DNA of 61,329 nt, counting the filler, from Rhabdomonas costata (taxonomy: Eukaryota), in assembly GCA_019059605.1 (NCBI GenBank). It is 17 parts of 17 records of this genome, joined end to end, with 100 filler letters (N's around TTAATTAATTAA, not from the genome) between each part and the next. Parts side by side here need not be neighbours in the genome. Positions count along the whole stretch, not along the records: positions 1 to 3,505 come from JAHMHO010000769.1; positions 3,606 to 7,156 come from JAHMHO010000770.1; positions 7,257 to 10,758 come from JAHMHO010000771.1; positions 10,859 to 14,358 come from JAHMHO010000772.1; 13 more parts are not named here. One strand, written 5' to 3'. The first letter of the stretch is position 1. Every line of letters starts with the position of its first letter. Under the pieces are notes generated by a model, which was not told the DNA's origin, made no database searches, and saw nothing but the letters and a program-made list of their open reading frames with translations. The translations under genes and the position numbers were made by a program. Of this stretch, positions 1 through 11,830 are shown one piece after another.

Positions 1-554
1 GTTGGGTTGTATTCGATTGAAGGTCAAAACTGATGCTGGATAAGGACCAGCCTGGATTTGGGCGGGCAAGTGGGCAAAGTCTAATGGGAAACTTGCCGCC
101 GCTGGTAATCGCTACATGTGGAAACGGTGACCACTTCCCCACCCCCAAATGTCAATCTACCCGGTATTGGCACCGGCCACCGGGCCACATACACGGGGGA
201 AGGGCGTACGAAGAAATATGCGAATAGGAAAAGTTGATGCCAGCGGGGCACACGTGAAGGAGCGAGGGAGGAGGAAGAAGGGGTCATGCTGCCGCCTCTG
301 CCCGGGCCCTGGTGAGCGAGGCTGTGCAGGTTGTAGCCTCTGTACAGCGAGTACTTGTCCCCGACACCCAGAAAGGTCAGCTTCTGTTTATGTTAGCACA
401 GAAGAAGCAGTGAGGAGCAACGCAGAGGTTTAGGGAGAGGAGAAAGTCACATGCCCCTAATGACAGCAAGAGCACCCAAACCAGAACGGCTCCCTTGCAC
501 GATTCTGAATATAGCGCGTCGTCGCACTTCATCTATGGGTCCGGAAGGTTCCGG

Positions 555-3120
555 TTAAAGGACTGGCACACCGTTTTCAACAAAACGAGGGATGAGGAGG
601 CACTCCTGTAGCACGAGGGCCCAGAAAACAATATCGGGGTCATGAAACTCAGCGACGAAGGCCGAGCGGTCAACAGATTCGAGAAGGCCGTCTGCGGAAC
701 AACCCAGAGGGAAATAAAAACGCGAGGGTACGGTAAAGGGCATGGAGCCTGGACAGGTTCAGGGTGGAAGACATGCTTTCCGTTCAGAGCCGTCGTTGAA
801 GAAAAAGAGGGGATGAATATCCACCCATATAGCATCAACATCCACGAAGCTCACGAAACGGCCGTCTGCAGCCTTTTGCGGTTCAGGGTGGGCAGCGACC
901 ACAAAATCACACAGGCAGTCGTGCAAGGTTAAGCCACACCTTCGAACGACCCATTTCAGCCCCACCCCGAAAGGTGCTCTTTTTTTCACAAGTAAGAGAA
1001 GATGCCCTGAGGGGCGCTGAGGGGCGGGTTCCACGCGAAAGGGGGAGGCGTACCCAGCAGCTCCTGCCTCGCCATCTTCATCGCAGTGTTATTCTTGACG
1101 GTGACCTGGAACATGTACTGCGGGCATGCAAATATGATAGAGAAATGAGGGAATAGATCGTCCTCATCGAATCTGCTCCGTCGCAGGTGGCAGGTGGACA
1201 GCCTTGGCAATCAAAGTACCGCGTTCTCTGCCCTCAGCGCACTCCAGATGTGCACGAACCACTGCGCCGGAGCAATGGGGTCACTCAGAAGAAGAGAGCT
1301 GATTGAGCAGGAGACGGCCTCAGGTAAGGTCTAGGTTCATCACTCGCCAGCCCTTGTCAACGAAACATTTGATGCCTCTCCTCTGTGGCATTTGATGTCT
1401 TTCCTCAGTGGCAGGCCACCAGCAAGGCGCCGATTAAGAGGGAGAGAGTGAAGGACGTCAACTCGCCAATCAAAAAGCACAAACTTTGACACGGGTATCC
1501 CGGCCTGCGGCGCGCACGGGGTCCAGGGCGGGAGGCCGTGGCAGGGCCGTAGCAAACTCCGCCCACAGCCGCTGCCCCTGCTCCAGCACTGTGCGAAAGT
1601 GCGACCGGCAGGTCCGCTGCACAGGCACCATCCGGAACACAAACCTGGGACCACAACCCATGGCAAGCGCATTATCTCACCTCTCCACACATACAACGAA
1701 ACTTGCACGCCCTGCAGGTGCATCAACACCACGTCGCGTCGATGCGTATGCAGGGAGCCCCCCTTATGGGAAACGCTGAACGTTTGCACGAGCACTCCCG
1801 TTGCGTTCTTCTTAACACATTGTCAAAAAGGCAGGCTCACAAAACCCACCAACAGCCCCACGGAATACAGTTGAGCCATTTTACCGCCTTGATCTCAGGA
1901 CAAGGCTATGTTACCGTATGGTTGCGGTCTTGTGAGGCCATACAGTGCCCAGACTCGCAAATTGGGGAACACCCCTCTTCCCTTATCTCTCCGGGGTGCG
2001 GGTTCTTTTCCTGTTGACATGCCTTGCATTATTCATTCTCTGTGTTCTATTTCTGTTGACTACTGTGTTCCGCTTCGTTGATTTCGCACACGTGACGTCA
2101 TAATACATTTCCCATTTTTCTAGCCACCGCGGCATGCTAAAACCCCATCTCCCTCTTTTCCATCCTCCATTTCTGATGGTGTACTCACGCCGTGTTTGTT
2201 TCCTCCTGTTAACTGACCGCGCATTGGACGCTGTGGTGTGTGTGTGTGTTTAACTGAAAAGAAATGCAGTAAAGGTGAAGGTTAGGAGAGCGAGAGGTTA
2301 GGAAAGTCCGACCAGCAGAAGGGAACATCTCGCCAACTGAAGCAAAGCGAGGGTATTCCTTTTGAAAAAGGACTACCTCGTGCAGGCCTGTCCAGCGGAG
2401 ATCACCCCTGCTGCAATCTTGTGAACCGCGTCCAGGACATCTGCAAATGAATGCAAGCAATGTTTACATGGTCCATTTGTAAATGAAGATCGCGGATGGC
2501 CCCGTGATGGGATCACAGTGCCACACAGAACACCCACACAGCACAGACAATTACGTTTAACTAAAGCATTCGCTCTGTGGTTGCTAGAGTTCCGTCCAAC
2601 ACTCCATTATTGTTGAATTATTACCAAACAAACACAAAAAACACAACATACGCAAAACACTTAAAATAGCAATAACTAAAGCATTCGACTCAAAGCGAGA
2701 GGAAAGGTGACCAGCAAAACATCAGCAGCTTGAACTGCACACGAGAGACTCCCTTGCAGGAGCAGAAAGAGAGAATGCAAACAAGCGGTGCGGGTCCGGT
2801 TTTCGGGGGAGGAGAAGTGCGCTCTCTTTCAAACACGCTTTCATTCCATCTTAGACACTTTAACAAAACTACCTTTTTGCAGAGCCACGGATATGCATGC
2901 CTGCGGGTGGGGTGCGGAGTAGATGTGCAGTTCACCTGAGTTTGGGAGCTCCACAAAGTACTGCCCCGGCACTTGGGTCTGTAGCACGGGCACCGTGCCG
3001 CCGGACTTCGACTGCTTCATCCCTCGCAGCTCAGCGCTCAGCTGAGCAGCCAAGGAGGGCGGAGGAACAGTGGACGATGAGGATGCCTTGGCAGAGTCAG
3101 CGCCACTTCCGGGAAAAGGC
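555..3120 (-). CDS. Probable multi-exon hypothetical protein (partial, family not recognised)
   Basis: GC-rich blocks with AG/GT borders translate plausibly: PFPGSGADSAK...QYFVELPNS joins in phase to DVLDAVHKIAAGVISAGQACT. Further blocks read YMFQVTVKNNTAMKMARQELL and LLESVDRSAFVAEFHDPDIVFWALVLQECLLIPRF. The full exon chain was not resolved. Confidence 0.35.
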
Positions 3121-3505
3121 TGCAGATACTGCGCAAAAAGGAAAAACGAAATGCGTCCGCGTTCGAGTGAGGCGAACCGACCCTAAATAAAATGATACGC
3201 CGGAACTGTCTTAATGGCAATGCAGCAAGCACGCACAAACCCCAGTGAAAGAGGTAGCCTGATCTACCAAAATACAACTAGGCAAGAGGTTAATGGGAAC
3301 GTCGGCGCGCAAAAATGCCCTCTGCAGCACTACGAGTTCAAGTACCGAGAGAGGTACATCTCATGTCCACCGTTCGTACAGCAGCAGCACGACGTATCAA
3401 AACGGAGGAGAAGTGGAAACTTAAAAAAGGAGGGGCACTGGGAGGGGCGCATACGTTCTGCACCAGGTGCTTGATCTCTGTGACCGCCTCCCGCCGCTTC
3501 CTCGG

Positions 3506-3605
3506 NNNNNNNNNNNNNNNNNNNNNNNNNNNNNNNNNNNNNNNNNNNNTTAATTAATTAANNNNNNNNNNNNNNNNNNNNNNNNNNNNNNNNNNNNNNN
3601 NNNNN
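3506..3605. other. Artificial contig linker (N44-TTAATTAATTAA-N44, stops in all six frames); first of 16
   Basis: Identical 100-nt spacers start at 3506, 7157, 10759, 14359, 18180, 21780, 25379, 28976, 32576, 36174, 39769, 43364, 46959, 50553, 54147 and 57739. The pieces between them are 3.49-3.72 kb. A separate 519-N scaffold gap lies at 30479-30997. Confidence 0.99.
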
Positions 3606-3653
3606 TGTGTTGGGTGCGGTTGGTTTGTGGGGGTGTTGCTTTTGCGTCCCCAG

Positions 3654-6203
3654 GGAAGGTCTCCGTGGTGGTAGAGTGCTGCGCGATGCCGGAGCCGGTG
3701 CGGTCCGCAGACCCCAACGAGGGCGGCGGAGGGAAGAAGAAGAAGAAGGAGCCCGAGCGTCCCGCCGCGGGGGTGCGGCTAGACCCTATCCCCGAGCCCA
3801 CGGTGTACTCCAGCTACCAGATTGTCGGGCGGTTCAGCGCGGTGCGGAAAGGGAAGTCCCTGGGGGCCTCCTCCGTGCTCTCCGGGGCGCAGAGCGGCGT
3901 AAGCGGGTGTGTGTCTGGGTTGTCGTTTCTTTTTCTTTTGGAGAGCGCTTCTTCCTGGGTTTGGGAAATGGTGAAGAATCGTAGGTGTGCGCAGGGGAAG
4001 GGCAGCTCCTTCTTTGGTTTTTCTGGTCCTTCTTTGATTTTTCTGGTTTGACCACCTGGCGCTTCCCCGCAGTTGTTTCAAGGAAGCGGAGCGGAGCGGA
4101 GTACAACCATTTAGGGAGAGCAAGGCATCGGCATGAGCGAGGAGACGAAACTGCCCTGTTTATGATGGGATGGGAAGAGGGCCGGGGCCGTGTGGACCAC
4201 CCGAGCCCACCCTGGCCTGTGGTGTGCTTCATTAGGTTTGCGAAGACCGTGGAGTCGGCGGCCTCCGTGGAGGAAGAGAAGGAGGAGTTTGAGTACCGCC
4301 TGCAGACCCGGAAGGGTGTGTGTGTGTGTGTGTGTGTGTGTCGTTGCAGCACCACCACCTTTGGCGAACACTTGTGCCCTGGGTGTTGAGGGGCACCGAA
4401 TTGGTTCTTGGGCCCATGGTACGAGTCCGCGAGTCGTGGTCGGCACCCTACGTTGGCTACGTTCGCTACGTTGGCACCCTGACTGGACCCCAACCCCGGA
4501 GCACGGAGTTCCTCCCATCCAGTCGGACCTTTAGCGAGCACTGTGATGCCCAGTTGTTATGCTTTACGCCGTCTATGTGGAACGCTTCTGCTGGGAAGCG
4601 AGTGGACACGGGGCGGTGGGGAGGTCTGTTTTGTTTTATCTCTGTGCCATTTCCACCTTTCTCTTTGTACAACAGGGCATATCCTGAGGATCGGCTCCAC
4701 TCAGACGGCGCGGCGGAACGTCAAGTACGTCGAGCTGGAGTGCCCCGTGCTCACCCCGGCGGACGTGCTGCACTTCGGGGTGCGGCGGCGGCCCTGCACG
4801 GAGACAGCCGCGAAGACTACGTCGGCCACCATGGGTGTGTGTGGAGCCTCATCCCCTTTCGGGCGTGCCCTATTGGGACGGCTGCGATGTCTTTTATGTG
4901 GGTGCCGCCTATTTGCCATTACCGACGGGAGTCCGACTCCCGACGCTTTTTTTTTGGGGGGGGGGTAAACGGTATAACGGCGTTAAGCGTTTAAAGAAAG
5001 GTACCCCAATACAAAATTCCAGTATCGTAACAAGAAACACAAAAAACCGTAATAAAAAACCGTTTAACAACGTTGTAAAACGTTTTTATGTCATCCAATC
5101 AAAAAAAAAGTGCATCCGCCCGCTTTCAGAATGGCTGTGTTTTTAGTCTTCACCCAAAAGTTAGGAGTGTGCGTGCCAGGGGGGTGATGGGCAACATCCC
5201 AACATTCCTCAAGTAAGGGGGCAGGGAATATTTGCAAGACGGAGACTGCTCGATCAAGGCTGAGTGTTTCTGTGCTTGTCTTGACACCCAAATATTCGTG
5301 TGTTCTCTTTTTGCTCTACTGTAGGGGTCGGGCTCTTTGGAAGCCGACAGCAGAAGGAGCCAGAGCCCCCGGTGGTGTCGAAGAAGTCCATGAAGAAGAA
5401 GAAGCCCAGGTTTGCTGGGCCTCCCTCCCTCCCTCTCTCTCTCTCTCTCCGTCAATGCTCGCCAACGGGGGTTGGAGGGTCGTGGGATTGTGTGCGTCGG
5501 CTTTTCCGTGGCGAAGGCGATCGCTTGTTCTACACGCATCCAAAGTTGAGCATTTAATGGGTCACGGCAGGGGCAGAGGAGAAGGAGTCTTCGGCAGATT
5601 TTTAAATGTGACGCTTCCGGGAAGAGAAGAGAAATGTGGAACCCGCTCGGTGTGCATTTGGCTCAATCAGTTCAAAGCCTTGCCTGCGAAAGTTGGGTGA
5701 GTGTGGGCGGTGCTCAGGCCCGTGCCGAACCACCAGAGCTGCCCCTTTTGCCACGAACTGGCACGTCCGAACGTGGTGATGGACGCCAAGCGGGACATCC
5801 GGGTCGTAGCTCCGCCCTCCAAAAAGCCCTACACGCAGTGGGAGCAGGCCATGATAAAGGCGCTGAAGTTCAATGGTATGGGGCGGCCCATCTGAGATGC
5901 CATCCTCGCAACCGGCTTCCCCGATCCCCCTCCTCCACCTGCCCCTTTTCCACTCCAAGCTGTGTGGCCCGGTATCGGACGTGGGCGTTGCGAAGGCCCC
6001 AAAATATAGCCAATTGCGGTTTGCTAACGCATCCGTGGGAAAGTAGTTTTTGGTCAACGGCCGCCTTTGGCTTGCTGTGCTTGAAGATGCGTGTGTGTAC
6101 ATATACGTGGCTGCAGCTGGGAACATTGTTATCCTGGAGATGGGCTGCGAGAAGAAGGTCGACGTGGCGCGCAAGCACAGCGAGAGGATCTACAAGCTGC
6201 GAG
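3654..6203 (+). CDS. Spliced protein with a divergent Sir2/sirtuin-like C-terminal region (partial)
   Basis: The phase-consistent exon chain reads ...RLQTRK|GHILRIGS...ATM|GVGLFG...KKKKP|RPVPNHQSCPFCHELARPNVVMD...KALKFN|AGNIVILEMGCEKKVDVARKHSERIYKL (exons 5718-5875 and 6117-about 6203). CPxC..ARPN plus ivilEmG..k.v..ar..SE resembles the SIR2-like family pattern CPxCGGxARPNILMF...LVVIEIGAG...VRxxSE. Confidence 0.45.
4967..5085. mobile_element. Intronic hairpin / MITE-like element
   Basis: Imperfect inverted arms AAACGGTATAACGGCGTTAAGCGTTT (4967-4992) and AAACCGTTTAACAACGTTGTAAAACGTTT (5057-5085) surround an A-rich core, next to a G run. Confidence 0.4.
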
Positions 6204-6620
6204 TGTTTGCTGCAGCACTGTCACCACTCTGTCTGTATAGAAAGGTTGTTGCCCGGGACCGAAAGACGCCGGCGCGTTCGAAAGAGACGGGAACAAGAGG
6301 ACGGGCCGAGTTCGGGAGAAGAGGTAACTAATTAACACGTTCAACGCCCATAGGAGAATCAGACGCGAATAACACCCGACCCGCGGCGATATAAAGTGAA
6401 ATGGAAATGGACCCCCCCCCCAGGAGCGTTTCCTGGACTTCAATGGGAAACGCGTAAGGTACTTCGAGTTTCGAAATGGAACATACCTTTCAAAAAATCC
6501 GCCGTATCCGCCCGTTTTGATAAACATTGGAAGCGAAGTGCTGGAAGATACTTTTTCTTGAAACCCCCGCAAGAGTTCGGAAACAGACCCCGCACCCTCA
6601 CCCTTTTCTTCTCCCCTCAG

Positions 6621-7103
6621 GCCAGCTCACAAGCTTTTCACATGGTACTCGCGGCGTACAGCGAGAGCCTTGCGAGGCAGCACAACAGCTCTGGAACCAC
6701 AGAGACAGCTCTGCCCCCCCTCACGGGGGAGGAGATCCCCCGAGTACTGCGCCTCCTTCGTGACCCTGCCCAGCTCACCCAGCGTTTGGCTTCTGCGGCC
6801 CTTCCTGGGCTGGTGGTGGCCTCGCAGTGGGGCGAGATAGAGCGGGTGGAGGAAGCGCTGCGGGAGCGAGGGCAGCTCCTGAGGCCCGACCCCGGACTAG
6901 CCGCAGGGCTTCTGTGGCAGTTCCTGCAGGCCTGGTGCGGGGCGGGTCGCTCGGAGAGGCTGCCGCGGCTGGTTCAGGAGCTGCAGGGGCTCCCAATGTC
7001 AGCACGGGGGGGCGAGGGCGAACGGCGGGCCTGCCAAAGAATTGTCGGTGTGTATGCGTGTATGTCTGCACGAATCGTCTCTGTTTCTAGAAAAGCAGAG
7101 TAA
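6621..7103 (+). CDS. Large coding exon, helical hypothetical protein (continuation of the upstream gene or a new gene)
   Basis: A polypyrimidine tract and CAG acceptor at 6620 precede the GC-rich open frame ASSQAFHMVLAAYSESLARQ...LWQFLQAWCGAGRSERLPRLVQELQGLP. The 3' boundary is uncertain. Confidence 0.45.
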   Translation, partial: ASSQAFHMVLAAYSESLARQHNSSGTTETALPPLTGEEIPRVLRLLRDPAQLTQRLASAALPGLVVASQWGEIERVEEALRERGQLLRPDPGLAAGLLWQFLQAWCGAGRSERLPRLVQELQGLPMSARGGEGERRACQRIVGVYACMSARIVSVSRKAE

Positions 7104-7653
7104 GCTCAGGTTACGAAGCCCGGTAATGTCCAGGCTCAGCATTGCGACACCACACCNNNNNNNNNNNNNNNNNNNNNNNNNNNNNNNNNNNNNNNNNNNN
7201 TTAATTAATTAANNNNNNNNNNNNNNNNNNNNNNNNNNNNNNNNNNNNNNNNNNNNGGTGTGGTTTGTAAGGGATCATAGGGGCGTTACAGGGGGCTTTG
7301 TTAGAATATGGTTTGTTTTCGGGCCCTCAGTGCGTGGAGCGTGCGAATTCTTTTGGGTGTGCGCGCTGTGCAAACGTCCTGCTCCTGTACTTCGTAGTAG
7401 CTTTTGCCTGCGGTGTTTGTGTTGCCTCCATTTTTGCACATTTCCAACGGAACGAGAAGCAAAAGAGGGGAATAGGATCCAAGAATCCCTTTATCTCTCG
7501 TCTCTCTACATTTGGATTTCTGGATCAATGCCAATTGACCGGAAAGCCCGTTTGCTGATTGAGCCCTTGCTACTTCCGAACTATGTTTCTTCATACAGAA
7601 CCTGCTGTACTTTTGCAGGTAAGTGTTTATGTCCTTGTGAGTGAGAGGTAAGA

Positions 7654-10600
7654 ATGGCTCAAGTCATTGTTGTGGGGGGAGGCCTGGCGGGATGCTGCGC
7701 GGCCCACACGGTGCTGGAGCGTGGGGGTCGAGTGTTGGTACTGGACAAGATGCCCTACCTGGGCGGGAACTCAGTGAAGGCCACTGGGGGGATCAACGCG
7801 GCATGGACCCCAGCGCAGAGGGCGGCGAAGATCCAGGTCTGCTGGTGCACGAAGTCGACTCAACACCCTCCCATTCCCTCACCGAGAGCGGTTGCCATTA
7901 TGTGGAACCAAGGAGGCGGATTTTGGATCTTTTATTCAGCTGTTGATGAAAATATCGCGCCTCAGACCTCAAGCTGGAGGTTCATTATCGGGGGTGTCTT
8001 TGAATCTAAGGTGATGGGCGTGAATTTGTGGTGACTGTGGTGGCTAGATTTTCGTCGTGTCCCTTGGTCCCAGCAATACACCGCTTCTTTGCCACCCGCT
8101 GGATGTCATTCGTCCCTCTTCCATTAGATAGAGGCTTGAAAGATGTGCGGCGATGGTGTGTTGTGTTTTCCGTGAGGGGTTTGTTGGGCATGTAGGACAC
8201 CCCAGAGCTGTTTGAGGAGGACACCGCGCGAAGCGCGGGAGACAGGCTGCGCCCTGAGCTGGTCCACACGCTCACTCACCGCAGCGCGGCGGCGGTGGAG
8301 TGGCTGCAGACCGCCTTTGACTTGGTTCACCCACAGCCCACTTTCGCCTGCCTTCCCCTCTCCCGTCTATCGGTCTCCGCACCCTAAAAACATCGTCCTT
8401 GGCTCTACTCAAACCAAGTCAACCATCCGCGCCGCGCACACTCATTTACTATTGCACAGTCTCTCTCTTTCGATCACATATGCGAGACCATTTTCTGGGT
8501 TGTGTCAAAGATGGTTCAGGGCAAGGCCGCTTGTGCGGTGAGGTCAAAATGATGCACGATGCAGTATGTGGTGCAGATCAAGCGGGGTGTACGGGGGCGG
8601 AGGGTTGGACGCCAATGAAGAGAACTTTAAACGCGCCAGTTTGGCTCCCAAGGCCTGCGCACAGTATAGACCAAGTGTACGCCCACCGCGCGAGGCAGGT
8701 GAGTGAGGCGTGAGGAAGCGAGGCGCAGAGCGGACAGAAAAGTGAGTGAGGCCCCATGGCCCCGTGCCCCAGGGGGAACAGAATCGCGAGTCTTCTCCAG
8801 AGCGCGTTAGTTCCTTCTTTCGCACTGGCTGTGTTGGAATATCGCGTCGGTCGACCCATTTCTTGGTGGGAGTGGGACGGGGATGCAGGATCTCACCACT
8901 GTCGGGTGGATGGCCGGGGCGAAGGCGCCACGGTGTCACCGCACTGCTAAGCGGTTTCCTGGCACAGAGATAACCTCCCGACTCATTCAAAGGCTACAAC
9001 AGGTCATTTTGGGGAAACCTCTCCGTGCGTTACCTCTCCATATTTTCCTCGTGAATTGTGGTAATCAGTTAAGTTATGAATGGAAATTGACTTTGGAATC
9101 GATATTCATTTTTACCGCAACAAAGTTCACTCAATGGGCCGACGAAGTCAAAGCATCTCGGGCCTGACGAAACGGACCGTCCTTACACTCCTACTACGGC
9201 CCTTTTGTCTATTGGCTGCACTGGGATATGATGGAATTTGGTTAAGTGGGAAGTGAGAGGAAAAGTTGGGAACCTCGAAGCTCCGCCGCGTCACGCCAAC
9301 TGCGGACATAGCTGCACACCACTGCACGTGGCACACCTTGTGCTCTGCTCTTTGTCCTTGTGACTCTGCTCGCGGGTTCACCTTGGATTGCACCATTTTG
9401 CCTTCAGGCCGATCCCGTGCATTCACAGTGGCATTTCCACTTATCCCTTCAGTTTATGATATGGAGCGAAAAAAGCCATCACCAAAATTGCCATCGTGAC
9501 CTCAGTTCTCTCGGTCCTTTGTTTTCTTGGGAGCTGTATTCTTGCTTCTGAGGTGTGTGAGACAACTCCGCACCTGGCACGGATCGAGCTGAGCAGCAGG
9601 GTGACCAGGCTACTCACCGACGAGGCGGGGGATGTGGTGGGAGTGGAGTTCACAGACCATCAGGTGTGCCGCCGCCGCTCCACCGCACCACTTTCCACTC
9701 ACCCTTACCCCGATGCGCGCCCACATAGCCTGCACAGGAATTTAAGGCACTACCACGCCACGTTTACCGTTATTAGTAATTCGGATTGCTTCCATTCATC
9801 TCCATCCATTGGGCTTGCAGCTATTCATTCATTGGGTAAGCTGCTTTGTTTCTGTCTCGTCCGCAGATGGTGCCCACCCCCTCACCCCACTCCACCCCTG
9901 TAATGCTGGTCCCTTGCCAGCATTACCGATGTCGTTTCAGCATTTCGCAATGTTTTTTTTTTGCAGATCTTACCACTGCACCCTTTGCAGGGTAACTGTG
10001 CTGATCTTTTTGTGTTTCTTCGGGGATGAAGGAAGGGCTTCGTGCAGTTAGCCTGAGCAATGCCATGATATGCGAATATGCGATTCGTATGTGTGCGCAG
10101 TGTTCTTAAGAAAGATAAAGCTTAGCTGCTGGGCCGTGGTGCAGGGCCGCAGCACCGCAGCCCAGGGCCCGGTTGTGCTTGCAACCGGGGGCTTCGCCGC
10201 GGATTTCGGTCCGGACTCCCTTCTGCTTCAGTGCAACGCCACCAGCGACGCCTGGCCCGAGACCAGGCCACAACTGCTTAACCTCCCCACCAGGTACTCT
10301 GCACACATGCATGTTTTGTGTTGTAGGGGTAAGAATGACGAATGATGACTTTATAGCAATTATAGAAAAAATCATCCGATCTCTGCACCCAAAAAGGACA
10401 AAGAGGAATTTAGGAATCGCAAAGGTGCAAAAGAGGAAAAGGCAGGCCGCCCTAAACCAGAAACAGAGCCCACAACGAGGAAGGTTTCTTTTTAGTCTAC
10501 TTGAATTGATGCAGCTTCGGTGTGCCAATCGCTGGTTACCTGGTTTCCTTGATCTGCACGCTTTGTCCTGCATGGCATTGCCTTCAATGTCTTCTTCAAT

Positions 10601-10758
10601 CCGACTAAGTACTGAATCGCTTAGAGCCACTTTGGTTGTTTTCACAGCAATGGTGCGCATTGCACTGGCGACGGGGTGAAGATCGCCCGGGCCATCGGTG
10701 CCGGTGCGGTCGACATGGACAAGATCCAGGTTCACCCCACAGGACTGGTCTTCCCAAA
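7654..10758 (+). CDS. Flavocytochrome c / soluble fumarate-reductase-like FAD flavoprotein (Osm1/Frd1 type), 5' part
   Basis: Exons 7654-7836, 8196-8324, 8889-9002, 9553-9663, 10145-10293 and 10648-contig end are all GT-AG and in phase. Motifs: VIVVGGGLAG (FAD Rossmann), LGGNSVKATGGINAA, VVLATGGFAADF, LPTSNGAHCTGDG, DMDKIQVHPTG. Confidence 0.93.
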
Positions 10759-11830
10759 NNNNNNNNNNNNNNNNNNNNNNNNNNNNNNNNNNNNNNNNNN
10801 NNTTAATTAATTAANNNNNNNNNNNNNNNNNNNNNNNNNNNNNNNNNNNNNNNNNNNNGGGTTTTGGGGTTGAAAATGCACGCCGTGCACTGAAACACAC
10901 CTACGTCACCTTCAAAAAGCCTGTTCTTTACGCCGAAACTTTGCTTTTGCACTGTGTACCTAAAAGTCTGAAAGGACCGGAGATACACTCCAAAAAAAAA
11001 TCGCCGCGCCTTCGGCGTAAAACACATTCCTGTACCGTATTTTGACTCCCAGGCCTACTCAACTACGGGCTTCACTAAACTCCACGTATAAACCGATTTT
11101 GAGACCAGCGGCGTTAAAACAGGGCAAAGTGATTTCTGTTCGGAATGTTACAGACTAGTCTCTGAGTTTCCGGGTGGAGCTAGCCTTACCAATTTTAGAG
11201 CATTTTTATACAATTTCTCCCCGTGTCCAAAAAGGATTTCTATACAGTTTATACATAAAATCCGAACTCCACTTTTTACAATTCTTTACAACCTTTACAT
11301 TACAGGTTTTAAAAATGATGCTGTTAAAAATGATTCCCTGCTCCATGCCTGCATGCAAGGACACCGTTATCGTTCATACTTCTTTTCTTGTTGTTGGAAA
11401 CTTTCACATCAAAAGCAACCAATCCCGATTTTATTCCTAACCACGACAACCACAGGCACTCGAAAGAAAGCAAGAGAGACTAAGGAGGCCCCAAACACTT
11501 TCCTTTCAACTTCTTTCCCTACATTGAAGCTGCGTAAAAGAATACAGTCATACTTCTCCAAATAATCTCATTACATACTATCTTAATATCTCCCTTATTC
11601 TCGTTTTGGACAATTCCCATACCAAACTTATGCTGCAATGCTTCTCAATAGGAAAGGGATAGACACTTACAGGGTGGCAAGAAAATACGGAGGACAAAAG
11701 CAAAATTGTGGAGATTTCGGTATAACCACAAACTATAGAGACAATTGAGTGGTACAGCGTGGGTTCTCTGCTAAAACGTTGAGAAAAAATGATGCTTGCC
11801 AGTCGGCTCCTGGATGGCCGCTCCGCACAC

